Origin: Octopus vulgaris
Lineage: Eukaryota
NCBI GenBank assembly: GCA_951406725.2
Contig: OX597817.1
Span: 116,684,001 to 116,748,000, forward strand
Direction: 5' to 3'
Length of the DNA: 64,000 nucleotides
In this document: positions 27,100 through 39,859 of the stretch, in pieces
How the letters are laid out: each line of letters starts with the position of its first letter
How positions within the stretch are numbered: position 1 is the first letter of the stretch
Made by a program: the position numbers and the translations under genes
The notes under the pieces: model-generated
Told to the model about the DNA's origin: nothing
The model's database searches: none
Seen by the model: the letters and a program-made list of their open reading frames with translations, nothing else

Positions 27100-28425
27100 A
27101 ACCGGTTTTCGTCATAATGTGATTTTTCAAGAATTGTAAAGAAAATAAAATTTTTTTTAAATGTGAGGAGGGGGAAAAAAGAAAATTACATTGTTTTTTG
27201 CAAAAAAATAAAAAATAATTTTTTAAGGCAACACAAATCTTAAAAAAACTCTTGACAAATGCCAAACTTCACACACCACATCTACCCCAGCAGTTAAAAA
27301 ATGTGCACGCCCAAACTGTGGCATCTGCCCCTTCCTACTTGAAGGCTCTGAATTTATCTTCAAACAAGGAACGAAGTTTAAAATCAAGACCAACTTCTCC
27401 TGTTCCTCCGAGATCCTTATCTACGTTCTCACATGCGCTGGTTGCCAACATAATTATGTTGGACAAACGAGCCTCCCGTTACGTAAAAGAGTAGCGGTGC
27501 ATAAAGAACAAATAAATCTCCCGGCATACCGGCAAATCCCACTGAGTGACCGCATAGACACATGCCCTAAAGACAAAAATCCCAAATTCTACATATTCCC
27601 CTTTTACCAATGTAAAGACGGAATCACCACACAGGAGAGAATTAACAAGGAGAATCTCTTTATTGAAAAATTCAAAACGCATCTTAATATGCAAACTCCT
27701 CGTTGATCATACTTCTTTTTTTCTATCTCATTCTTCATGGATGGACTAACACAAATATATAAGGATACCATGCAGTCATCACCTCAAGCTAAAACTTATA
27801 TTCTTTAAATATCATTATTATTATTGTTGTTATTATTATTATTGTTTTTATTATATATGACATAACAATCTGAAATGTAATTATAAATTGTTTATGTAAA
27901 TTTATATAATTAGAAAACAATATAAATAAAGTGTTAAAATCTGAATGTTAAGTTAGCAAACAATTATATAAAAAAGATAATGCAAATGAAGCTAAAATGA
28001 TAATTTTATAATTTAAGGTTTAACACCCTTTATTACAAAAAATTGATAAACACAAATTGAAGAGCTTAAAACCCATAGAGTTGTCTCCCCTTATTCACAA
28101 AACAGAAACTCGACTACTACTACTTCCTGTTTTGCCATGCACCTAAGAGACACCCTTAATTAAATTAAACAACACATGGATTTAATCCCATTGGATCTCA
28201 ATACTTCAATGTAATTTTTTCGTGAACAATCATTAAACTCAAGATACACAAAGACTTTACAATGTATCGGAGTACCTATTTTTTAATTTTTGTATATATT
28301 TATTTTGTATATATTTATTTTTATTTTTTTGCAGAAAACAATGTAATTTTCTTTTTTCCCCTCCTCACATTTAAAAAAATTATATTCTTTACAATTCTTG
28401 AAAGGTCACATTATGACGAAAACTG
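27100..28425 (+). mobile_element. Penelope-like element 3' part (GIY-YIG endonuclease) flanked by inverted pLTR segments
   Basis: 27290-27706 reads open: VKKCARPNCGICPFL...LIYVLTCAGCQHNYVGQTSLPLRKRVAVHKEQI...ERINKENLFIEKFKTHLN. Inverted repeats of about 110 bp at 27100-27210 and 28320-28425. Confidence 0.85.
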
Positions 28426-28935
28426 AATAAGCTTGAGTCCCTCTGAGCCAGAATCCGAAACCATGGTATATAAGCATCAGAATGGCATAATCTTGCAGGT
28501 ATGTTTTTTATGTCGATTCGAAGCGATTCGTTTCGTTTCGTTTCTTCTTCTCTAAGCTGTTATTTTTATATATAATTATGACGCGAAACTATAGCTCCTT
28601 CTTCTCTCTTTCTTTCACTGCATCCTTTGGCTTCATTCCTCCCTATCTATCTCTCTCTCACTCCTCCTCATCTCTCTCACAGCCGGGTCGACGAACTTCC
28701 TTTCGCTGGCGGCCTTCTTCAAGTAAACATGTTTCTTCCTGCGCTCGTGAAAATTTTTTTCCTCGTCTAGGCTTATAGGCCCTCATTATTTGTTTTCCTG
28801 TCCTGTTTCTATTCCTTCTTGTACTGTAATTTTTGTAATAAAGATATATCGATATGTCTGTATATATATACATATGTATATTTATATTTCCAAGCCTATC
28901 GTATTTATCTAAATCCTATCTCCATATCAGCTCAC

Positions 28936-29044
28936 TTGGATTTCTCTTACCAATGGACTTAGTTCTTGATAAAAACTGCAGAATTTAAATTAAAATCTTG
29001 AGTACTTCTACATGATTTCTATAGTGATCATCTCCAGATCACAC
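28936..29044 (-). pseudogene. Exon remnant, CNBD C-terminal-like (repeat II)
   Basis: cagcAG|G TGT GAT CTG gives CDLEMITIE then (frameshift) HVEVLKI, followed by donor GTgagc (compare 'CDL..L...D..EVLK'). Confidence 0.3.
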
Positions 29045-29053
29045 CTGCTGACA

Positions 29054-29089
<36 letters not shown>

Positions 29090-30642
29090 GTGTAATAAAT
29101 AAAATATATGCTTATATGTACGTACCTACATCTACATGTATATATACATGCATATATAAATATATATACGTGTGTACAGGACACCACAAATAGACGTAAA
29201 ACTCAACGAGAAACGAAACAGTAAAAACAGCTGGAACGGACCATTTTTTTAACAACGAAAAAACAGAGTACAAGACAACTACACAAGGATAATCCCCTTC
29301 ATCAGCTGTCCCTAGTTCAACTCCAGCGTGTTTCGAAGGTAGGTACGTACATATATGTTTGTTTGTATGCATATATTTTATTTATTACACTATTGTATCA
29401 GCGCCCTCGCGTCGATTCGATTCGATTCGTTTCGTTTCGTTTCTTCTTCTTCTCTAAGCTGGTTTATATATATATATACATACGCACACACATACACTTA
29501 TATGGATACGCAGTGAAACACACACACACACATATATCCATTCACATATTTGTGTATAACTTAGCAGTTTAGCAAAGGTGAGTAATGTAATAAGTGTCAG
29601 TTTAAAAAAAATAAATAATGGAGTCAGCCCTCTTCCACACGCACATACATACTCTCTTATGAACATGCACGCGAACCTTCGTTTTTGGATCACCACTACT
29701 TTATTATCTCCCCTTCTTCCTAGTTCTCCTGTGTGACCCCTCTGTCCGGTATTCGCCATGATGGATTGCTAGCCACTACACATTCTTTATTTTCTCTCCT
29801 TATTTCTTTCCTTATTCCTTTCTGTGGAAGAGTGTAAGCTCGAAATGTTAAAGACTTTTTCACTTCCCGAGCGTTAAACTAATACATATTTGTTGTCTAC
29901 ACCACCTGTCTTCATATTTTGTTTTTTTCTGAACTCTCCCTATATATGAGTGTGTATCTACATCTTTCTCCTACATAACAATACATACATTCATACATAC
30001 ATAGTACATACATACATGCAAACATGCATACATACATTAATGCATGCATAAATGCATATGTATGCACATAACGCTTGTGTGTTGTGTATGTGTGCATGAA
30101 AGCAATAATTGGTTATAACAATTATTAATACCAGTATTATCTTTATCATTCTTGGAGTTTTAATATTGCTATTAGAAACCAAAGAAAACATTTAATCTAG
30201 CAAATTATATGCTGTTATCATTTTAATGAAAGGTAGACGCTATATATTTCTACAGTTGTATGAAATGAGGGAAAATTGTTTAAATTCCCTTTCATAGAAT
30301 CCCAGATAAAGGTAAGATTCTGCTTATGGAGGAATTTTATCAATTTTAGCATATACCATTATTTACATTTTGATATATGTAATTGTGAGATAAGGTAAAT
30401 GTTTTCTCATCATTTGTGATAATTCTGGTAGCTGTGTATTAAGAAGTTTGTTCGGTAGCTAGATAGATCTGGGATCAGTTTCACTGTCTGGCAACTTAGG
30501 AATATGTCTTTTACTACAGTTCTGGGTGGACTGGATCCTCATGTGTGGCTTTTGTAGACAGAAACTGAAAGACACCTGTAATATACATACACACACACAC
30601 ACACATATATATATATAAATATATATGCAAATATATATATAT

Positions 30643-30777
30643 ATACTTTATTTAAAAGCAGCAGATTTATAACAAAATCTGTTACTCAGAATTTCCCGTT
30701 CCCGTTCGTCGGACGGAAACGTGAAACTCTGAGTAACGGCTTTTGTTATATTTCTGCTGCTTTTAAATAAAGCATAT
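30643..30777. repeat. Hairpin palindrome (about 55-bp arms) with hammerhead-like core
   Basis: tttatttaaaagcagcagatttataacaaaatctgttactcagaatttc pairs with gaaactctgagtaacggcttttgttatatttctgctgcttttaaataaa. Contains GAAAC-TCTGA-GTA, and CCGACGAA on the opposite strand. Confidence 0.85.
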
Positions 30778-31013
30778 TACTCTACTTCTGGTATTTGAGT
30801 ATTCTTTTTCCCACCTTGTTTCACATTTATGTGCTTACTCTGGTATATCCATCTGGCAGACACCTTTTGCATAGATGCAAATGGTCATGAATGATAGTTT
30901 CCACAGACCCGGTACTAATCTTGACCTTATGGGCTATTTGGCGAATAGTGTATGGCAATATGACCTTCCAAAATATAACAATATATATATATAGATACAT
31001 ACATATAGTATAC

Positions 31014-31057
<44 letters not shown>

Positions 31058-31062
<5 letters not shown>

Positions 31063-31253
31063 ACCGCGTGTGTACCGTTGGCGATTTTTTTCCCTCTGTC
31101 TTCCCTTCTCTGGATCTTTCGTTCTCCTATGTTTCCGACGAAGAGCTCCGCTCGAAACGTTAAACCCTCCTTCTTTCCTGAGCGTTCAATAATACTATAT
31201 TTGTTCCACGTCCTCGCGTTGTTGTGTTTTTTGTGCTTTCTTGTTTGGATTAT

Positions 31254-31258
<5 letters not shown>
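31058..31258 (+). mobile_element. Short repeat of about 200 bp (family E) with minimal hammerhead-like motif
   Basis: CCGACGAA-GAGC-TCC-GCTC-GAAAC-GTTA at 31135-31162, embedded in (TA)n. A second copy is inverted at 36128-36330. Confidence 0.7.
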
Positions 31259-31292
<34 letters not shown>

Positions 31293-31582
31293 AGTGTGTG
31301 TCTTTATGTTTGTCTTAACCATCACCAATTGACAACTGCTGTTGGTTCATTTACATCCCCATCACTTAGCAGTTTAGTAAGAAGTAATGTAATAATAAGT
31401 GTCAGTTTAAAAAAAAAATACAAAATGGAGTCAGTTTGTTTGCCTAGCTCTTTCAAAATGGTGCACAAAAACAGAAACAAGTAACAGATTTGAAAAAGAT
31501 ATAATTAGGTTTATCGTAGTAATTTTGTTTCTCTAGTTTAATCAACTGGATATATATATATATATTTATGTGCTTACTCCTG

Positions 31583-31630
<48 letters not shown>

Positions 31631-31763
31631 TAGATATATAGATATATATATATAGATAGATCAATGCATATGTGTGTTCTTGTATATATATATAAGTGTG
31701 TCTTTATTTTTGTATTAACCATCACCACTTGACAACTAGTGTTGGTTCATTTACATCCCCATC

Positions 31764-32267
31764 ACTAAGTTACAGGAATGTAAACAAAGACCAGTTGTCA
31801 AGTAGTGGTGGGGGACAAACACAAGCACAAACACACATGCACACGGATTTACACACACATATATATATATAACACTATTGACCTGACTATCAGATATCTT
31901 TATATATAAAAGTAAGATTGTGTGCTGTCTGTCTCCTACGATTTAGGCATTGCCTTGAAATATTTTGATTCATATTTAACAGAAAATTAAGTCAATATTT
32001 CATTTTCAGTGAACTTAAGAAATATTCTCCAGGATGGAGCACCACTGAAGGGTTTGCTAGTTGAACAAATCAACATCAGTATATATTTTTCAAGCCTGCT
32101 ACTTATTCTCTTTGTCTCATTTGCCGAATCATTTCACTAAGTTACAGGAATGTAAGCAAAGACCAGTTGTCAAGCAGTGGTGGGGGACAAACACAAGCAC
32201 AAACACACATGCACACGGATTTACACACACATATATATATAACACTATTGACCTGACTATCAGATAT
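31764..32267. repeat. About 130-bp direct duplication within SINE-A debris, with a Helitron-like 5' end between the copies
   Basis: actaagttacaggaatgtaa...gactatcagatat at about 31764-31897 and 32137-32267. TCTTTATATATAAAAG...TGTCTGTCT follows the first copy. Confidence 0.75.
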
Positions 32268-32346
32268 TGTTATATAAGACTGATCACAATGCACTTCCTC
32301 ACATTGTTATTGTTGTTGTTGTTGTGATGGTGGTGGTGGTAGTAGT

Positions 32347-32380
<34 letters not shown>

Positions 32381-33691
32381 CATATATACAAGATTATTTC
32401 ATTTTCTGCCTACCAAAGCCTCTCACATGGCTCTCACGGCTACATAAGAAGATACTTGCCCCCAGGTGCTATGCAGTGGTACTGAACCTAAAACCATGTA
32501 GTGGGAAAGCAAACTTCTTAGCATATAGTCATGTTTGCTTGCACCTTCTCTTTTATATTTTATTTCTCATACTCTGTTAGTTTAATGATAACATTTTGCC
32601 AATTATCAAATTAGATACACTATTCATTAACTGAGTCTCATGTTTACAAGGCTCTGAGGAAGTATCTCTTACTCTGCTATCTTAAAAGTAGCCAAATACT
32701 TTTAACAACGTTTTAACAATCTTTGTTGCAAAACTACAGCTATCACTTACAATTGAGCCACTGTTGATTTTAGATACAATATATAGTTGTATATAGATAT
32801 AGACACCATCTTGATCCTCCTGCTCAAGGTTCAATGGAAAAGGAAGAATTCGAATGCTGAGAGAGCATGATGATGGGCACCATACTTTGGGCTGATAGTT
32901 TATTTGTGGACAGCAGGAAGAAGGAAATGTGACTATATCTCTTTAACATTCACATTATATTATCATATATATATATATACATACGTGGGTCATTCACCTA
33001 ATTTCGCTCCGTTGAATTTAATTCACAAAGTATTAGTCAACCTCCAAATGATTACAAAACATACTTGCCCAAGATTGTGCACAGGAGGAGAATTGAACTA
33101 ACCAGTTACTAGATACTACTAAAGCAAAGTTCTTAACCACACGATACACTTTCCGCACCACATTGGTCAAGATTCATTTTCCAGCAAAATCTCTAAATTT
33201 ATTTAGATTTATTGAATAAAACAATATGCAAGAAAATCATTCCTTCTTATAGCATCATGCAGTATTGGCAAGATTTTGCCTTACCAGTAACAGTCTACAA
33301 TCATGTACAAGTAGCAAGCACAACCTTATCAACCTGGTGCTAAATGTACAGAAACAATGGCATGGTATTATGTGGAACACCTTTTATGGTATACTTGGCT
33401 GATAAGAATTGACGCTTAGCAAAGTAATGATTATATTCTTCAAAAAATTGAGTGACCGGTACGATTTTGATCATAAATTTAGTCAGTGTAGCCTGATCCT
33501 GTCTAAACAACAACACACACAAGCAAATGACTGCGTCCTTTGATGTCATTTGATCAACTCCAACAAAGAGGAATTGCTGGTGTAAATTGATGTTTTTGAG
33601 TTAGCCTGACCCTGGCTAAACAACGACTATACAAGCAAATAAATGTGTTCTTTGAGGTCATTTGATCAGCAAACACATTTCTGATAGGCTA

Positions 33692-33748
<57 letters not shown>

Positions 33749-35942
33749 TAGCAGGAAATGTTTAGGGTTCTACTTTCAAGTTTTGTTTCCGTCTGCTTCC
33801 GTTTTTTGTATCGTTTGTCACTACCAGACCATCAGAAAATGGTTTTATTGTTCGATGAAAAAAGTGTAGGGTAGTGGCCTTGTTTTCATTGGTTTTTCAG
33901 AGCCTGGAAGGAAGGATTGAAATTAACGTCAAAATGGCGATCATACCCAAAAGCTTGCAACAGAATTCTGCTCTGTTAAATGTCCCAAAGAGTCTGTTGA
34001 TACTGTTAAACATGGAAAGAGATTCAGTTAACCATCGAAAATTTATAAAAGAGAAAATATCCCACAAAACATTTCATCTTATGAATCTAACTATTATGCC
34101 AGTTCATCTCGCTAGAATAAACTATTTCGCCTTTCATCCTTTCGGAGTCGATAAAATAAGTACTAGTTTAGCAATGGAGTCGATGTAACCAACTTAACCT
34201 AACCCCCACACCGAAATTGCAAGCCTTGTTCCTAATTTTGAAACCAATATTAGGAAAGTATGATTTAAAATTATCATTTTGATAACAAAAATTCAAAAGG
34301 TTTTACCTTTATATTCTTCAATTTATCAAAATGGTTTAGCTTTACTCCAGCAGATTCGCCGAGTTAGATAATATTTTCCTTTTGATATGATCATCATGTA
34401 ACGCAGTCACAAGATTTAAATCCATAGCATTAACAATGAAACTTGCAGAAATACAGTTATCGTCGAAGCTATTGCAAACAAAATATTAAGTTCACCTTTC
34501 GTCACGTAGCAATTTTATTCTATGACGTAAAAATATCATTGTTATGACAGCTAACAAACTTTTTCAGCTTTTTAGCCAATAAAGGAACCTTTACTATGTC
34601 AGTCACTCAACTTGCTAGAAACTGCAACTAAATTTCCCTCAAATCACGCCGTATCGCCGTAAATATCAGAAAGACACACTGAATAATGCAGTCACATATC
34701 TCTCTCTATATGTACGTTAGGGCACTCTTAGAGATGCTGGGAACATTTAACCCAGTACAACCTGTCGCATGGTCGGGCTGTTGATAGCTAAACTGGCAAA
34801 CCAACCAATCCTGTTTGGTGAAGAGAGTGGTTTTCATTGGAAGCCCTAAGGATGCAAAATAAAACCTGTAAAAGGGCAGATGAACTCAGAGTCAACGACC
34901 TCCAACGTCTCATTGCGAAGCCAGAAATCTTGCTCATGCTTGTTTCTGGACTACTTAGCTTTGAAACTGAGAGTCTTAACGATGTTGTTCAAGTTGTTAG
35001 CCAACGTCGGAGCTTCTTGGTTACTGCCACAGATTTGGAAATTTGAAGTGAAAAATTTTAAATTTGGTATTTTGATATAATTTTTCGCGCTGAATCCGAA
35101 TATGAGATTCATTTATTCCATAAAAAAAGAAAACTTTTACAGAGGTTCGACGTTTGATAATTTTTCGGCAATCAAAAAGTAGGAATGAGAAGCCTCGTAT
35201 TTCTGCGTAATCTGATAATTGCCTGATAGTAGCAAAATGAAATCAAAGCATTACGAAACGTTGTAAGAGGTTTTAATAAGTTATAATGAATGGAGTCATG
35301 TGAAATGGATCATCAAAGGTCTTGTGCGAAAGAAAAGGGGTAAAAACGTGAGATGTAGCTACTGTGAACGTTCATGTACACAATTCGAAGATTTAAAATT
35401 AGAAGTCCACTTGTAGACCCTTTTTGATGTTTAGAGGTACGTAGATTATCAAGAGCATACTGGAATGTGATCTCTGATATGCAGGTGAATGGATTTCTGC
35501 TTGGCAGAATGGAAATTCAATGTTGCAAACACTGAGACACCGATCTTCTCGGGAGATTCTTGGCAATGCACTTCACATGTGTGTGGAATTCCAGTGCCTC
35601 AGGTTCGAGGCCGTTTTCATGGGTGATGGAATGCAAGAGGCTGAGTTAAGTGCAAGAACTGCGTGCAAGCACTGGTGCAGATATATGTCAGCTTCAACAT
35701 TCGACCATCAGAAGAAGAGAGGTAGGAGCAATCACTAGCGTAGCTAGAGAAAGGCAAAGGGAGCTTTTACGTCTGCTGTAGGCTATAAGTATGTACGGGC
35801 TGTATTGAAATAAAATAATAGAGTTTTTAATATCGGAACATGGACACTACTAACCATTAAATTAAGCTATAATACAAATAAAAAAAATGATGACTGATCT
35901 ATGAGTGCAGCATAAAGCTGAGGGAATAAAAATCATTTGATA

Positions 35943-36638
35943 GGAGTTTTATTGTTGTGTGGTTGAGAAGCATGATTTACAACTATGTGCTCTTGGCTTC
36001 AATTCCTCTATTTGGCATCTTGTGCAAGTATCTTCCACTACAGTATCAGGCTGACAAAAGCCTTGTGAGATTTAGTACATGGAAACTGAAAGTAAGCCAT
36101 GCGTGTATATATATATATATATATATATAAAGTTAATCCAAACATGCAAACACAACAGCGCGAGGACGTGGAACAAGTATAGTGTTATTGGACGCTCAGG
36201 AAAGGAAAGAAAGAAGGAGGATTTAACGCTTCGAGCGGAGCTCTTCGTCAGAAACATAGGAAAAGGAAAGATCCAAGGAAGGGAAGACGGAGGGAAAAAA
36301 ATCGCCAACGATACACACACAGTCACATTTTGAATGACCGGAAAGGAATGGGTGATATATATACATATATATGTATATCTATATGTATCATCATTATCAT
36401 CGTAAGCATTTAATTTCCTTTTACCATACTGTTATGAGTTGGAATAGGATGGTTTGACTGGAGCTAGCAAGCTGGAGAGCTTCACCAACTTTGATTTAGC
36501 CAGATTTGTATGGCCGTATGTCCTTCCTAGCAACAATGATTTGATGGAGTGTGATGGGTGCTGCTTACGTGACACTGGCACAGGTGAGTTTTATGTGGCA
36601 TGGGTGCTTATAGTATGGCCCGGTGTGAGTACTGGTAC

Positions 36639-36683
<45 letters not shown>

Positions 36684-36900
36684 CATGTGTGTGTGTTTGA
36701 CTTAATCACATGTGTTATATTTGTCCCTAATCAATGCTTGGCAATGGGTATTGGCTTACTTACATCCCCATAATCTAGCAGCTCAGTGAAACAGACCAAC
36801 TGAATAAGAACCAGGCTTAGAATTAAACTAACTAAACACTTCAAAGCAGTGTCCCAGCATGGTCACAGTCCAATGACTGAAAGAAGTAAAAGATAAAAGA
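35943..36900 (+). mobile_element. SINE family A interrupted by family E repeat and an RTE 3' fragment
   Basis: Head at 35943-36100 and tail at 36700-36900 (aagtaaaagataaaaga), with insertions in the internal microsatellite. Confidence 0.65.
36128..36330 (-). mobile_element. Family E repeat with hammerhead-like motif
   Basis: Minus strand CTGACGAAGAGCTCCGCTCGAAGCGTTA; highly similar to 31058-31258. Confidence 0.7.
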
Positions 36901-37074
36901 TATTCTCCATAATGCAGGGTGTCAAAGTAAAAGATTTTTTGCTACTAAAGCGTGTGGCTTATAATAATAAACAAGACAGTAGTAACAACTAAATATCAAG
37001 CAGAATTGTATATACTCTCCTCTAAATATTACTGAGTCAGTGATTTTTAATATAGCAATTTTCTCTTTATTTTC

Positions 37075-37575
37075 ATTCGATGCATATTTGTCGTCATCCT
37101 GTTTGTTATTAACACAATGTTTTGGCTGATATATCCTCTAGCCTTCTTCAGGTGTCTTGGGGAAATTTCGAACCTGGGTTCTCGTTGCTAAGGTATTTTC
37201 AATGCTGTTATTATTGTTAGTGTTCCGGTCACTGCTTGGAATCGAACTCGGAATCTTGGGGTTAGTAACCCGCGCTCTTAACCACTACGCCATATTCTTA
37301 ACCACTACACCATATTCCAGGGAAATATGGCATAGTGGTTAAGAGCGCGAGCTACTAACCCCAAGGTTCCAAGTTCAATTCTAGGCAGTGACCTGAACAC
37401 TAACAACAACAATAATAATAATAATAATAGTAATAATAATAACAACATCAAAAAATACCTTAGGAATGAGAACCCAGGTTCGAAATTTCCCCAAGACACC
37501 TGAAGAAGGCTGGAGGGTATATCAGTTGAAACGTTGTGTTGATAACAGACAAGATGAGGACAAATATCCGTCAAA
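37075..37575. mobile_element. Head-to-head inverted pair of tRNA-headed, hammerhead-bearing elements
   Basis: Arms of about 220-250 bp. Each has a TGGC(A/G)TAGTGGTTAAGAGC...GTTC(A/G)ATT tRNA-like head and CTGAAGAAGGCT.GAGG.TATATCAG(TT/CC)(G)AAAC. Confidence 0.75.
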
Positions 37576-38394
37576 TGTAAATAATGTAAATAATGTACAT
37601 AATTCCTCATCTCTTAAATATAGAAGTGTATTAGCAATTTTCACATCATTCTTTTGCCTACTATTGAATATAAGATAAAGTGTAACATTCTGAAAATGAT
37701 TGTAGTTTACTGAAGTTTTATCTCCTCATGCAAACAGAGAATAACACATTTCCTAACAGTAGCTAATTAACGTGAAAGCTTAGATACAAGGATCTATCAT
37801 TTGCATTTTTCTGATAGCAACGGATACAAATTTTAATAGCATAGACAAAGCAATCACCAAGCTATTTTGCAGATTTGGCAAAATTCAGAATACAAAGTTT
37901 AACAAATGTATTAGAAGTACATATACTTTGGAAAGATAAATCAAAGAATAATTTAATTTCAGAGATTTCTCATTAATTATTAATTAAACTTTAACTGTGT
38001 GTCTCAACCCACAATCTGATCCTTCTCAGACATCCTGGTTTGTTGTGGTTGCTTTTTTCTATGCTTAAATCATTATACTGGGAGAGAAATAAAACAAAGG
38101 TTCCTTTCATTGATTGATTCAATGCTTGATTCCAGCAATATATAATTTTCTATAATTGTAGCCTTAAAACTGCAGTTACTGCAGTTTTTGAAAATGTCAT
38201 ACACAGAACAATAAGTATATCAAATAGCACAAAAACTGCCCCAGGTCAATAATTTAGCCATTACCACATGTGAAGATGAAAGAGTTAGATTTATTTATTT
38301 CTGAAATAACGTGATATTTAACCAGAAAATAAAACAAAAAACAGAAAGACAAATGAACAGAGTCAATGCAAAACAGAATTCAGTAAAATTTTCT

Positions 38395-38535
38395 AAACTA
38401 ATTGATCCACAATAAAAGTAAGTAGCATTAATACTAGAAATGCTGTGTCTTGTTCTTTTAAATCTTTCATCCAGACTATTGTTGATCTTGTGATATTTTT
38501 TATAACCAAACTAATATCTTTCATGGCTTCATCCT
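38395..38535 (-). pseudogene. Exon remnant, C-linker end / CNBD start (repeat II), abutting an RTE insertion
   Basis: EAMKDISLVIKNITRSTIVWMKDLKEQDTAFLVLM (compare 'L..DISL....I......F...D.AFL..L'). Confidence 0.4.
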
Positions 38536-38539
38536 CATG

Positions 38540-39715
38540 ATCATCATCATCGTCGTTTAACGCCCTCTTTCCATGCTGACATGGACTGGACGGTTTGACT
38601 GAGGACTGGCAAGCCAGAAAGCTGCACCAAGCTCCAATCTGATCTGGCAAAGTTTCTACAACTGGATGTCCTTCCTAAAGCCAACCACTCCGAGACTGTA
38701 GTGGATGCTTTTTACGTGCCACCGGCACAGGAGCCAGTCAGGTGACTCTGGCAATGACCATGTTTGAATGGTGCTTTTTACATGCCATCAGCATGAGTAC
38801 CAATCAGGCAGCACTGTCATTGGCCATGACAATGACTTCACTTGACTCAACAGGTCTTTACAAGTGCAGTTTATTGCCCATTCATTGAAGAGTACTCTTA
38901 AATGGGCCAGTTATGCTGCACTGGCATAGGTTGTGGTCTCACTTGGCTTGCTAGGTCTTCTCAAGTGCAGCATATCTCCAAAAGCCTTGGTCACTTGTTG
39001 TTGCCTCCATGAGGCCCAACGTTCGATGGTTGTGCTTCCTGGGTCTTCCTCTTCCATAGGTTCCCTCTACTTCTAGAGTGTGACACATTTTCACACAGCT
39101 GTCCACATCCATATGCAACACATGACCATACCTGCACAGTCATCTCTTTTGCACAGCATATCTGATGGTTCTTATGTCCAACTTTTATCTCAGGGCGCTT
39201 ACACTCTTTTGTGTGTGCACACTGACATTACACATCCAGCAGGTCATACTATCTTCATTCCTTGGAAGCTTACACATATCCTTACCAGTTATGGCCCATG
39301 TTTCACTGCCATGTAGCATGGCTGTTCGCACACATACATCATACAGTCTACCTTTTACTCTGGGCAAGAGGCCTCGTCACCAGCAAAGGTTGGAGCTTTC
39401 TGAACTTTGCCCAGGCTATTCTTATTGTAGCAGCTACACTCTGAGAGCATCCACCCCCACTACTAATTTGGTCACCTAGATAATGGAAGCTATCAACTAC
39501 TTTTAGTTTTTTCCCCTGGCATGTGACAGAAGCTGTTTTCTGCATATTTTAAGTGTTTATTGCCCCTGAGCATTTGCCACACACAAAAACTATCTTCCCA
39601 GTTAGCCTTCGTTTGATATTGCTGCACCTCTTATGTGTCCATACATTACACCAGGTACATCTTATGGAGTTTCTACCTATGCTTTTCTACAGATCGAGCA
39701 GGGTCATCTAACTAA
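38540..39715 (-). mobile_element. RTE LINE 3' fragment (PHD-like finger, RT C-terminus, 3' UTR, (GAT)n tail)
   Basis: LKVVDSFHYLGDQI, AWAKFRKL and RVKGRLYDVCVRTAMLHGSETW motifs; CSIC...CTWCNVWTHKRC...FVCGKC; tail catcatcatcgtcgtttaacg at about 38545. Confidence 0.9.
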
Positions 39716-39859
39716 AGGGCTTCACGTAACATAGATAAAAGGAAGGTCATAGTGAAAGGGATCAAGTTTCGCAGATAGATATTACTATCATTGCACAGTT
39801 ACTGGTTTTACATATATATATATATATGTATATTTATTTATTTATTTTATATTTATCTA

